A stretch of DNA of 49,585 bases from Betaproteobacteria bacterium (lineage in GTDB: Bacteria > Pseudomonadota > Gammaproteobacteria > Burkholderiales > SG8-39). The translations under genes were made by a program, and so were the position numbers. Below the pieces are notes generated by a model. That model ran no database searches. It worked only from the letters and a program-made list of their open reading frames with translations, and was not told the origin of the DNA. Of the stretch, positions 1 through 8,471 are shown one piece after another. Positions within the stretch are counted from its first letter, which is position 1. Each line of letters starts with the position of its first letter. The stretch is from assembly GCA_012274205.1 (NCBI GenBank), contig JAAOZY010000044.1:1-49585 (forward strand). The letters run 5' to 3'.

Positions 1-247
1 CGGGCGTTGTCGGGGTAGACAGTTGGCGCGTCGCGTCCGCGCCCGAATTCGTCAGCTACTGCATTGGGAAGGGCCATGATGAGTCCAGAGAGTTGAGTCG
101 GGAAAAATTATGGAGCGAGGCACCGGTACGAGGCTGTACGCCAGCGCACATAGCGGTGCCTAAATTGCCGCGCCAGGCGGCGATCTGCGCTGGCAGCACT
201 CGACGGCAGATGGGTACCGATCGGTCGATTTCCCCATTGCGTCTGTA

Positions 248-262
248 CGCTTTCTGGCACGG
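248..262 (+). repeat. 15-bp direct repeat, copy 1 (CGCTTTCTGGCACGG), upstream of the integrase gene
   Basis: The identical 15-mer recurs at 1028..1042. A degenerate related copy (CGCTTCTGGCCGG) lies at about 274..286. Confidence 0.8.
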
Positions 263-373
263 GCCGCAACTTCCGCTTCTGGCCGGTTGTACGCAGTCAG
301 CACGTCGTCCGAAAGCCGCCCTTCGCCCAGAAGGAGAACAATCAGACTCCGATCAACAACGAAGGAGTCTGTC

Positions 374-988
374 ATGGAATTCACCGAACATCGGGAACCC
401 TGGAACAAAGGCAAACTGATCGGTCAGAAGCCGCCCCTCAAACCCAAAGACATCTGGGCCATCCGCATTCAACTCCAAAATGGGGGCCGGGCTCGAGACC
501 TGGCGATGTTCAATCTTGCAATCGACAGCAAGCTACGCGGCTGCGATCTGGTCAACCTGCGCGCTCGCGATATCACGCATGCCAATCAGATTCTTGCCCG
601 GGCGATGGTCGTGCAACGAAAAACCCAACGGCCGGTGCAGTTTGAAATAACAGAGCCTACGCGGACCGCTGTCGCGGCATGGATCGACAAGGCCAAACTG
701 AAGCCGGAGCAATGCTTGTTTCCAAGCCGTCTCGCCGACTCGCCCCATGTCTCAACGCGACAGTACGCCCGCATCGTGCATCAATGGGTTTCAGCAATTG
801 GTCTCGATTCAACGATCTATGGCACGCATGCAATGCGGCTGACCAAGGCGACGCTTATCTACAAACGGACGAAAAATCTGCGGGCTGTTCAGCTTCTGCT
901 TGGGCACACGAAGCTGGAAAGCACCGTGAGGTACCTTGGGATAGAGGTAGATGACGCTTTGGAGATCTCCGAACAGACCGAAATCTAG
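374..988 (+). CDS. Short tyrosine-type site-specific recombinase/integrase (~204 aa)
   Basis: Lies in ORF 287..988. ATG at 374 is preceded by AAGGAG (362-367). Motifs: KLRGCDL (Arg I), THAMRLTK (HxxR), LLGHTKLESTVRYLG (His and catalytic Tyr). Confidence 0.85.
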   Translation: MEFTEHREPWNKGKLIGQKPPLKPKDIWAIRIQLQNGGRARDLAMFNLAIDSKLRGCDLVNLRARDITHANQILARAMVVQRKTQRPVQFEITEPTRTAVAAWIDKAKLKPEQCLFPSRLADSPHVSTRQYARIVHQWVSAIGLDSTIYGTHAMRLTKATLIYKRTKNLRAVQLLLGHTKLESTVRYLGIEVDDALEISEQTEI

Positions 989-1027
989 CAATCACTCGCC
1001 CGGCGGTCGCATAGCTACACCTGCGAC

Positions 1028-1042
1028 CGCTTTCTGGCACGG
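1028..1042 (+). repeat. 15-bp direct repeat, copy 2 (CGCTTTCTGGCACGG), downstream of the integrase gene
   Basis: Exact match to 248..262, 40 bp after the integrase stop codon. Confidence 0.8.
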
Positions 1043-1238
1043 ATTTCAATACGTGCTCCCGGCCAATACCTGCCATTCGCGCACTTGGTCCAAAGCCGAT
1101 GCCGACCAGATGTCCTAGTCAAGACCGATCATTCAATCACCCGGTCGGCGCAACCTCAAGCGGTCCTGTATATTCGGTCGGTTGGTGTCACCGACAAGCC
1201 GGTGTGTGCCGTTCATGTCCAACATTAGGCGAAATCCC

Positions 1239-1436
1239 ATGTCCATTGGCCACTGCGGCATCGGATTCGGTGCAAAATCAGCCGCTCCAAAGATCTCGCT
1301 CGACTCGCTTTTTCTGGCTGCGCAGTTTATCGATCTGTTGTGGCCCACACTCTTGTTGCTCGGAATCGAACGCGTTCGAATCGTCCCCGACACGTATGAT
1401 TCCGACTATTTCGTGGCGTACATAGAATTTCAATAA
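1239..1436 (+). pseudogene. Probable truncated membrane-protein gene fragment
   Basis: Lies in ORF 1182..1436. From the Met at 1239 the peptide MSIGHCGIGFGAKSAAPKISLDSLFLAAQFIDLLWPTLLLLGIERVRI looks like the N-terminal TM helices of a small integral membrane protein. It stops after ~65 aa, 6 nt before the next gene. Family not recognised with certainty. Confidence 0.3.
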
Positions 1437-1442
1437 GAATCC

Positions 1443-2654
1443 ATGCAAACCATGCTGAGCACTACGGAGATATTCCTGATCGCGATGGCGATCATCTTCA
1501 CCGTTCCGTATCTGATCTGGCGCGTGGGTAAGACTGACTATTACGCTCCCCTCGTGGTCGTGCAAATCATCACCGGAATTTTGCTAGGGCCCGGCATTTT
1601 AGGAAGAAGTTTTCCGGACTACTACGCCTTCGTCTTCACTCAGCCGGTCGTCCAATCGTTGAACGGCATCGCCTGGTGGGCAGTGATTATTTTCGTGTGG
1701 ATCGCCGGCATCGAACTGGACCTGAAGAAGGCCTGGGCGCATCGCCGGGAGAGTGCAATCACAGCCGGGCTCGCGCTCGCCACGCCGCTGCTGTTGGGCA
1801 GCATCGTGGCCGCGGGCATGCTGATGTACGACGGCTGGGTCGGTCCCGCGGCGATGACTTGGCAATTCGTCCTCGGAGTGGGCATGGCCTGTGCCGTTAC
1901 CGCGCTTCCCATCCTGATTCTGCTCATGGAGAAGCTGGAGATCCTGCGGCAGCCCATTGGGCAGCGAATCCTGCGCTATGCGAGCCTGGATGACATCGCC
2001 ATCTGGGGCGTGCTGGCCCTAATCCTGATGGACTGGCAGCGCGTAAGCATGCAGGGCGCGTTTCTATTTGCCTTTGCGGTTTGCAGTTACGGATTCCGCA
2101 AACTGATGGTGCGGCTGCCTGAGAAGGACCGCTGGTACGTAGGTTTGATCTGGCTCGCCGTGTGCGCCTTCGGCGCAGATTGGTCCGGGCTACATTTCAT
2201 GGTCGGGGCGTTCCTCTCGGGGGCCGTCATGGATAGCGATTGGTTCGACCAGAAGCAGATGGACCTGCTGCGACACCATGTGCTATTGGTCGTGATGCCG
2301 GTTTTTTTCCTGAGCACGGGTTTGAGAACCAATTGGAGCGTAGGTGGCGAGGCGGTGTTCATTGCCGCGGCCGCGTTGCTCTTCGCTTCGGTAGGGGGCA
2401 AGTTGCTCGGCGTTCAGATCGCGGGCAAGGTCCTCAAATGGCAGCCGGGCGAGGCTTCTATCATCGGTTGGCTGCTGCAGACGAAGGCGCTGATTATGAT
2501 CATCTTCGCCAATATCCTCATGGACAAGGGCGTCATTACCAGCGAGTCGTTCACGGCACTACTGCTGATGGCCATTGCGAGCACCATGCTTACGGTGCCC
2601 GTGGTATCACCGAAACTGGAACGCATGAAGAGCATCGTTACCCAGGCTGCCTGA
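1443..2654 (+). CDS. Cation:proton antiporter (CPA2 / Kef-type Na+/H+ exchanger family), membrane domain only
   Basis: 403-aa polytopic ORF. N-terminus PLVVVQIITGILLGPGILGR and the overall hydrophobic pattern are typical of the sodium/hydrogen exchanger family. No TrkA-N domain. Confidence 0.85.
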   Translation: MQTMLSTTEIFLIAMAIIFTVPYLIWRVGKTDYYAPLVVVQIITGILLGPGILGRSFPDYYAFVFTQPVVQSLNGIAWWAVIIFVWIAGIELDLKKAWAHRRESAITAGLALATPLLLGSIVAAGMLMYDGWVGPAAMTWQFVLGVGMACAVTALPILILLMEKLEILRQPIGQRILRYASLDDIAIWGVLALILMDWQRVSMQGAFLFAFAVCSYGFRKLMVRLPEKDRWYVGLIWLAVCAFGADWSGLHFMVGAFLSGAVMDSDWFDQKQMDLLRHHVLLVVMPVFFLSTGLRTNWSVGGEAVFIAAAALLFASVGGKLLGVQIAGKVLKWQPGEASIIGWLLQTKALIMIIFANILMDKGVITSESFTALLLMAIASTMLTVPVVSPKLERMKSIVTQAA

Positions 2655-2938
2655 TGGCACGGCTTCCGAACGTCGGGCGTCGCCTCGGCAACGAACGTGG
2701 AGTTCGACCGGAACGGGTCCTTCGCGGAAGACCGTGAATATCTGCTTCGGGTCGATAGTGTGAGTAGCGATTTTCGATAAGCAGCCGCTCGAATTTTCCG
2801 CCCCCGCTTTATTTTGTCTGGCCTCGTCGAGCGGCAGCAATGCACAGTGTAGCCGTCGTCCACGCCGCATAACGTCAATGGCAGTTCAGGCCGAATTGCA
2901 GTTATTCCGTTTCGGGGCGTATCTCCATAGCCGGTAGA

Positions 2939-5900
2939 ATGCGCGGGGTGAAACCCGAGCAAACTGACCGCAGGCGTCCGATCCCGCAGCACCCCCGCTA
3001 CTCCGCAGCCGAGCTCGAACTGCGCCGCGCCGCCTGCCCCAAGCCCGAATACCCGGAGGAGCTGCCGGTCAGCGCGCGCCGGGCGGACATCGCGCAGGCG
3101 ATCGAAAAGCATCAGGTGGTGATCGTCTGCGGCGAGACCGGCTCGGGCAAGACCACGCAGCTGCCCAAGATCCTGCTCGAACTCGGGCGCGGCATCGCCG
3201 GCCTGATCGGCCATACGCAGCCGCGGCGCATCGCCGCGCGCGCCACCGCGGCGCGCATCGCGCAGGAGCTGAAGGCCGAGCTCGGCGGCGCGGTCGGCTA
3301 CAAGATCCGCTTTTCCGACAAGATCAGCCCGCGCTCCTACATCAAGCTCATGACCGACGGCATCCTGCTGGCCGAAACCCAGGGCGACCGCGAGCTGCGC
3401 CAGTACGACGCGATCATCATCGACGAAGCGCACGAGCGCAGCCTCAATATCGATTTCCTGCTCGGTTACCTCAAACAGTTATTACCGCGCCGGCCCGAGC
3501 TGAAACTGGTGGTGACCTCCGCAACCATAGACGCAGAGCGCTTCTCCCGGCATTTCGGCAATGCGCCGGTGATCGAGGTGTCGGGCCGGCTGTATCCGGT
3601 GGAACAGCGCTACCGGCCGCCGGCGCAGGCGAAGACCGTGGGCGCCGCCGCGCTGCGCGCGGGTGTAACAGAGGCGCCGCGCGAGGCGCAGGATCCGGTC
3701 GAGGCCATCGTCGACGCGGTGGACGAAGCGGCGCGCTGCGGGCCGGGCGACGTGCTGGTGTTCCTGCCGGGCGAGCGCGAGATCCGCGAGGCGGCCGAGG
3801 GACTGCGCAAGCACCATCCGCCGCACACCGAAATCCTGCCGCTGTACGCGCGCCTGTCGGCGGCGGAGCAGGAGCGCGTGTTCAAGCCGCACGCGGGCCG
3901 GCGCATCGTGCTCGCGACGAATGTCGCCGAGACCTCGCTCACCGTGCCGGGCATACGCTACGTCGTCGACCCGGGCGAGGCGCGCATCAAGCGCTACAGC
4001 TACCGCAGCAAGGTGGAGCAGCTGCAGGTGGAAAAGATTTCCCAGGCGAGCGCCAACCAGCGCGCCGGGCGCTGCGGCCGCGTAGCGAGCGGCGTGTGCA
4101 TCCGCCTGTACGCCGAGGACGACTACAAGGCGCGTCCGGCCTACACCGAGCCCGAGCTGCTGCGCTCCTCGCTCGCCGGCGTGATCCTGAGGATGAAGTC
4201 GCTGCAGCTCGGGGAGGTGGAGGATTTTCCCTTTCTCGATGCGCCGCTGCCAAAGGCGGTGAGCGACGGCTACGGCCTGCTGGCCGAACTCGGCGCAGTG
4301 GACGAAGACCGGGAACTGACCGACATCGGCCGGCAGCTGGCGCGCCTGCCGCTCGACCCCTGCATCGCGCGCATGATCCTCGCGGCGAAAGCGGAGGGGA
4401 GCCTGGCCGAGGTGCTGATCATCGCCGCGGCGCTGTCGCTGCAGGATCCGCGCGAGCGGCCGCTGGAGCGGCAGGGCGCGGCCGATGCGGCGCAGGCCAA
4501 GTTCGACGACGAGAAATCCGACTTCCTCGCCTATCTGAAGCTGTGGAAGTTCTATCAGGACGCGCTCGAACACAAGAAATCGAACCGCAAGCTGATGGAT
4601 CTGTGCCGCGACCACTTCCTCTCGTACCGGCGCATGCGCGAATGGCGCGACGTGCACAGCCAGCTGCATACCTTCGTCGCCGAGCTCGGCTGGAAGCTGT
4701 CGGAGAAGGAGGCGAGCTACGCGCAGATCCACCGCGCCCTGCTCGCGGGGCTGCTCGGCAACATTGGCTGCAAGTCCGAGGACAGCGAACACTACCTCGG
4801 CGCGCGCGGCATCAAATTCCTGATCCACCCGGGCTCGGGCGTGGGCAAGAAAGCCGGGCGCTGGCTCATGGCGGCCGAAATCACCGAGACCACGCGGCTT
4901 TATGCGCGCTGCATCGCGCGCATCGAGCCGGAGTGGCTGGAGAGCATAGGCGCGCACCTGGTGCGGCGCCACCAGTACGAGCAGCACTGGGAGAAAAAGC
5001 CCGCGCACGTCGCCGCGTTCGAGCGCGCGACCCTTTACGGCATCCTGCTCTACGCCAACCGGCGCATCCACTACGGGCCGCTGGACCCGGCCGAATCGCG
5101 CCGCATATTCATCCGCCAGGCGCTGGTCGAGGGCGAGTACGACACGCGCGCGCCGTTCTTTGCGCACAACCGCAAGCTCATCCGCGACATCGAGACCCTC
5201 GAACACAAGTCGCGCCGCCCCGACGTGTTGGTGGACGAGGAGCTGATCTACGCCTTCTACGACAGCCTGATCCCGACGGGTATCCACAACGGCGCCGCGT
5301 TCGAGCACTGGCGCCGCGAAGCCGAGGCCGGCAATCCGAAGCTGCTCTACCTGAAGCGCGAAGATCTGATGCGGCACGAGGCCGCCGGCATCACCACCGA
5401 GCTGTTTCCGCACCAGCTAACCATCGGCGGGCGCAATTACGCGCTCGAATACCTGCACGATCCGGGCAATGCGCGCGACGGCCTCACGCTCACCGTGCCG
5501 CTGATCGCGCTCAATCAGCTTTCCGCCGCGCGCTGCGACTGGCTGGTGCCGGGCCTGCTCAAGGAAAAGGTCGCGCTTCTGGTGAAGACGCTGCCGCAGA
5601 AGCTGCGCCACAAGCTCGGGCCACTGCCCGAATTCGCCGAGGGCTTCGTCGAGGCGATGCAGGCGGCGGGGCAGCCGAAGGACGAGCTGGCGCTCACCGA
5701 AGCGATCGCGCGCCGGGCGCGCGAGGAATTGGGGCTGGTCGTGCCGCTCGACGCCTTCCGTCCCGAGCTGCTGTCCAGGCACCTGGCGATGAATTTCCGC
5801 GTGGTGGACGAGCACGGCCGGCAACTGGCCATGGGCCGGAACCTGGCGCAGTTGCGCGCCGAGCTGGGCGAGCAGGCCGGCGAGCAGTTCAGCGCCATCG

Positions 5901-6772
5901 CCCAGCCCAAGGCGGCGCTGTCCGGCATCAGGAGCTGGGACTTCGGCGAGCTGCAGGACATCATGGAAATCCGCCAGGGCGGGCAGACCCTCATCGGCTA
6001 CCCGGCGCTTATCGATCGCGGCGACAGCGTCGACCTGGAAGTGCTGGATGCGCCGCAGAAGGCGCGCGCGGCGCATCGCGACGGCCTGCGGCGCCTGTTC
6101 ATGCTGCAGCTGAAGGAACAGACGAAATACCTGGAGAAGAACCTGCCCGGGCTGCGCGACATGGCGATGCAGTTCCTGCCCTTCGGCGACGCGGCTTCGC
6201 TCAGGGACCAGTTGCTGCGCGTGACCTACGATCGCGCCTGCATGGCCGAGCCGCTGCCGACCATGCAGGCGGAGTTCCTGCGCCGCTGCGACGAAGGCAA
6301 AACGCGGCTGTCGCTGCTTGCCCAGGAAATCTGCCGCCTGGTCGGCAACATCCTGGCCGAACACCAGGCGCTGCAGAAGAAGCTGCAGGGGCTGAAGGCT
6401 CTGCCGCAGGTGCAGCGCGACATCGGCGAGCAACTGGCGCAGCTGCTGCCGAAGCACTTCATCGCCGCGACCGCCTGGGAGCGGCTGCAGCATTTCCCGC
6501 GCTATCTCAAGGCGGCGGCGCTGCGCCTCGAGAAGCTGCGCGTGGATCCGGCGCGCGACGCGCGCTGCAGCGCCGAATTCAATCCGCTGTGGCAGGCCTG
6601 GCTGCGCGAGGACCTGAAGCAGAGAAAGCAGGGTGTGGCCGATGCGCAGCTCGACCAGTTCCGCTGGCTGCTGGAGGAGCTGCGCGTGTCGCTGTACGCG
6701 CAGGAACTGCGCACGCCGGTGCCGGTGTCGGCGAAACGTCTGCTGAAAATGTGGCAGAGTATGCAGCGATGA
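2939..6772 (+). CDS. hrpA: ATP-dependent RNA helicase HrpA (DEAH-box)
   Basis: 1277 aa. Motifs GETGSGKTTQLPK (Walker A), IIDEAHERSLNIDFLLGYLK (DEAH), TNVAETSLTVPGIRYVVD, QRAGRCGR, plus a long HrpA-type C-terminal region. Exact start uncertain (ATG 2939, or GTG 2948). Confidence 0.95.
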   Translation: MRGVKPEQTDRRRPIPQHPRYSAAELELRRAACPKPEYPEELPVSARRADIAQAIEKHQVVIVCGETGSGKTTQLPKILLELGRGIAGLIGHTQPRRIAARATAARIAQELKAELGGAVGYKIRFSDKISPRSYIKLMTDGILLAETQGDRELRQYDAIIIDEAHERSLNIDFLLGYLKQLLPRRPELKLVVTSATIDAERFSRHFGNAPVIEVSGRLYPVEQRYRPPAQAKTVGAAALRAGVTEAPREAQDPVEAIVDAVDEAARCGPGDVLVFLPGEREIREAAEGLRKHHPPHTEILPLYARLSAAEQERVFKPHAGRRIVLATNVAETSLTVPGIRYVVDPGEARIKRYSYRSKVEQLQVEKISQASANQRAGRCGRVASGVCIRLYAEDDYKARPAYTEPELLRSSLAGVILRMKSLQLGEVEDFPFLDAPLPKAVSDGYGLLAELGAVDEDRELTDIGRQLARLPLDPCIARMILAAKAEGSLAEVLIIAAALSLQDPRERPLERQGAADAAQAKFDDEKSDFLAYLKLWKFYQDALEHKKSNRKLMDLCRDHFLSYRRMREWRDVHSQLHTFVAELGWKLSEKEASYAQIHRALLAGLLGNIGCKSEDSEHYLGARGIKFLIHPGSGVGKKAGRWLMAAEITETTRLYARCIARIEPEWLESIGAHLVRRHQYEQHWEKKPAHVAAFERATLYGILLYANRRIHYGPLDPAESRRIFIRQALVEGEYDTRAPFFAHNRKLIRDIETLEHKSRRPDVLVDEELIYAFYDSLIPTGIHNGAAFEHWRREAEAGNPKLLYLKREDLMRHEAAGITTELFPHQLTIGGRNYALEYLHDPGNARDGLTLTVPLIALNQLSAARCDWLVPGLLKEKVALLVKTLPQKLRHKLGPLPEFAEGFVEAMQAAGQPKDELALTEAIARRAREELGLVVPLDAFRPELLSRHLAMNFRVVDEHGRQLAMGRNLAQLRAELGEQAGEQFSAIAQPKAALSGIRSWDFGELQDIMEIRQGGQTLIGYPALIDRGDSVDLEVLDAPQKARAAHRDGLRRLFMLQLKEQTKYLEKNLPGLRDMAMQFLPFGDAASLRDQLLRVTYDRACMAEPLPTMQAEFLRRCDEGKTRLSLLAQEICRLVGNILAEHQALQKKLQGLKALPQVQRDIGEQLAQLLPKHFIAATAWERLQHFPRYLKAAALRLEKLRVDPARDARCSAEFNPLWQAWLREDLKQRKQGVADAQLDQFRWLLEELRVSLYAQELRTPVPVSAKRLLKMWQSMQR

Positions 6773-6789
6773 AGGAGCGTAACCGGGCG

Positions 6790-6878
6790 TAACCGGGGAC
6801 AGACCACGTTTTTCCGTTGCAGAAACCGGGAGTCTACTTAACAAACGTTGTTGAAAAAACGTGGTCTGTCCCCGGTTA
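6790..6878. repeat. Perfect 24-bp inverted repeat (TAACCGGGGACAGACCACGTTTTT / AAAAACGTGGTCTGTCCCCGGTTA) with a 41-nt spacer
   Basis: Arms at 6790..6813 and 6855..6878, in the hrpA / EI24-like intergenic region. The left arm is preceded by a tandem 10-bp duplication CGTAACCGGG (6778-6787, 6788-6797). Confidence 0.85.
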
Positions 6879-6895
6879 TTCTTGGAGATGCCCGC

Positions 6896-7630
6896 ATGAG
6901 TGAAATCACCAAGGCCTTGATCAAAGCGTTCGCGAGCCTGCTGCATCCGCGCATGCTGCTGCTGATGCTGTGGCCGCTCGCCATTGCGCTGGTTTTGTGG
7001 CTCGGCCTCGCGTTCGCGTTCTGGTCGCAGGCGGCGGCCTGGCTGCAACTGCAGTTCCAGCAGTCGGCCCTGATCGACTGGGCCATCACGGTGTGGCCGC
7101 TGATGTACATTGCCACGCATCTCGCCTGGATCCTGCTCGCACTGCTGTTCGTGCCGCCGGTGCTGGTCACGGCGGTGCTGATCATCGGCGTCTTTTCGAT
7201 GCCCGCAATGGTCGGGCACGTGTCCGAGCGCGCCTATCCGCGGCTCGAGCGCCGGCGGGGCGGCACGTTTGCCGGGAGCGCGTGGAACAGCGTGGCTGCG
7301 CTGCTCTGGCTCATCGTGCTGACGCTACTGTCGCTGCCGCTGTGGTTTATCCCGCTGCTGTGGCCGGTGTTGCCGATCGTGCTGTTCGGCTACCTCAATC
7401 AGCGGGTATTTCGCTATGACGCGCTGGCCGAGCACGCCAGCGCCTTGGAGATGGATACGCTGATCCGGCGACACCGCCGCGAATTGTTTCTGCTCGGCGC
7501 AGCGCTCGCGCTGTGCGGCCTGATCCCGCTGCTCGGGTTTTTCATTCCGGTGTACGGCGGGCTCGCGTTCATCCACTACTGTCTGGCCCGACTCGCGCAG
7601 CTGCGCGACGAGCCGGTCGCGACGCAATAG
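6896..7630 (+). CDS. EI24 / CysZ-like integral membrane protein
   Basis: Lies in ORF 6848..7630. ATG at 6896 is preceded by GGAG (6884-6887). Multi-TM protein with the conserved NQRVFRYDALAEH segment typical of bacterial EI24-domain proteins. Confidence 0.7.
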   Translation: MSEITKALIKAFASLLHPRMLLLMLWPLAIALVLWLGLAFAFWSQAAAWLQLQFQQSALIDWAITVWPLMYIATHLAWILLALLFVPPVLVTAVLIIGVFSMPAMVGHVSERAYPRLERRRGGTFAGSAWNSVAALLWLIVLTLLSLPLWFIPLLWPVLPIVLFGYLNQRVFRYDALAEHASALEMDTLIRRHRRELFLLGAALALCGLIPLLGFFIPVYGGLAFIHYCLARLAQLRDEPVATQ

Positions 7631-7651
7631 CAGACTCGAAGGAGAGCACCG

Positions 7652-8413
7652 ATGCATTTCGGCGCAATCATCATCGGCGATGAAATCATGCGCGGCAAGC
7701 GCCAGGACAAGCACATGGCGCAGCTGATCGCGATCCTGCGCAGCCGCGGCCTCGCGCTCGCCTGGTGCCAGTACCTGGGCGACGACCCGGCGCTGATCAC
7801 GGCCACGCTCAGGCGCACGCTAGCGGGACCGGACATCGTGTTCAGCTTCGGTGGCATCGGCGCGACCCCGGACGACCACACGCGCGCCTGCGCCGCCGCC
7901 GCGGCCGGCGTGGAACTCGAGTTGCATCCGGAGGCCGAGGCCGAGATCCGCGCCCGCTTCGGCGCCGACACCACGCCCAACCGGCTCAAGATGGGCGAAT
8001 TCCCGCGCGGCTCCGCAACGATACCGAACGACTACAACCGCATCCGCGGTTTCTCGCTGGGCGAGCATCACTTCGTGCCGGGCTTCCCCATCATGGCCTG
8101 GCCCATGGTCGAGTGGGTGCTCGACCATCGCTATTCACACCTGTTCCACACGCGTGCCGAAACCGAGGCCTCGATCATCGTGTACGAGTCGGCCGAGAGC
8201 ACGCTCACGCCGCTGATGGAGGCGGTCGAGGCGAAATACCGCGGCCTCAAGGTGTTCAGCCTGCCGAGCGTGGGCGAGGGCGGCCGGCGCCGCCATATCG
8301 AACTCGGCGTGCGCGGCGCGCCCGGGGAAGTGCCGGCCGCGCTGGATGAACTCAAACGCGGCGTGAACGAGACCGGCGGGACCTGGGAGGCGCTCGGCGC
8401 ACCGCCAGCGTAG
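7652..8413 (+). CDS. CinA-like / MoCF-biosynthesis (molybdopterin-binding) domain protein
   Basis: SD GAAGGAGAG lies upstream. Motifs IIIGDEIMRGKRQDKH and FSFGGIGATPDDHT are typical of MoaB/MogA/CinA N-terminal domains. Confidence 0.75.
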   Translation: MHFGAIIIGDEIMRGKRQDKHMAQLIAILRSRGLALAWCQYLGDDPALITATLRRTLAGPDIVFSFGGIGATPDDHTRACAAAAAGVELELHPEAEAEIRARFGADTTPNRLKMGEFPRGSATIPNDYNRIRGFSLGEHHFVPGFPIMAWPMVEWVLDHRYSHLFHTRAETEASIIVYESAESTLTPLMEAVEAKYRGLKVFSLPSVGEGGRRRHIELGVRGAPGEVPAALDELKRGVNETGGTWEALGAPPA

Positions 8414-8471
8414 CTCGAGCCGTCGCCATGACTAAGGGTCCCGCGTTCGAACCACGACTGCAGTGCGCGGA

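Noticed and set aside
1-76. A possible partial minus-strand CDS starting at 74-76 (MALPNAVADEFGRGRDAPTVYPDNA...).
   Set aside because: Only 25 codons are visible, there is no Shine-Dalgarno sequence, and I recognise no family. The evidence is insufficient to call it.
251-266. TGGCAC within the 15-bp repeats as a sigma54 -24 element.
   Set aside because: The required GC of the -12 element (TGGCAC-N5-TTGC) is not at the right spacing in either copy.
4096-6792. Very long alternative-frame and antisense ORFs across the window, for example 3482..5413(-), 4096..6792(+), 5417..7219(-), 8463..10457(+), 14678..16420(-), 15937..17454(-), 18441..20531(+), 26734..28872(-), 37158..38900(-), 42855..44894(+), 43000..44703(-), 46125..47555(-) and 48226..49326(-).
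   Set aside because: Their translations are Arg/Ala/Gly/Pro-rich low-complexity strings with no recognisable motifs. Each overlaps a gene with clear family signatures. Stop-poor shadow ORFs like these are expected in high-GC DNA.
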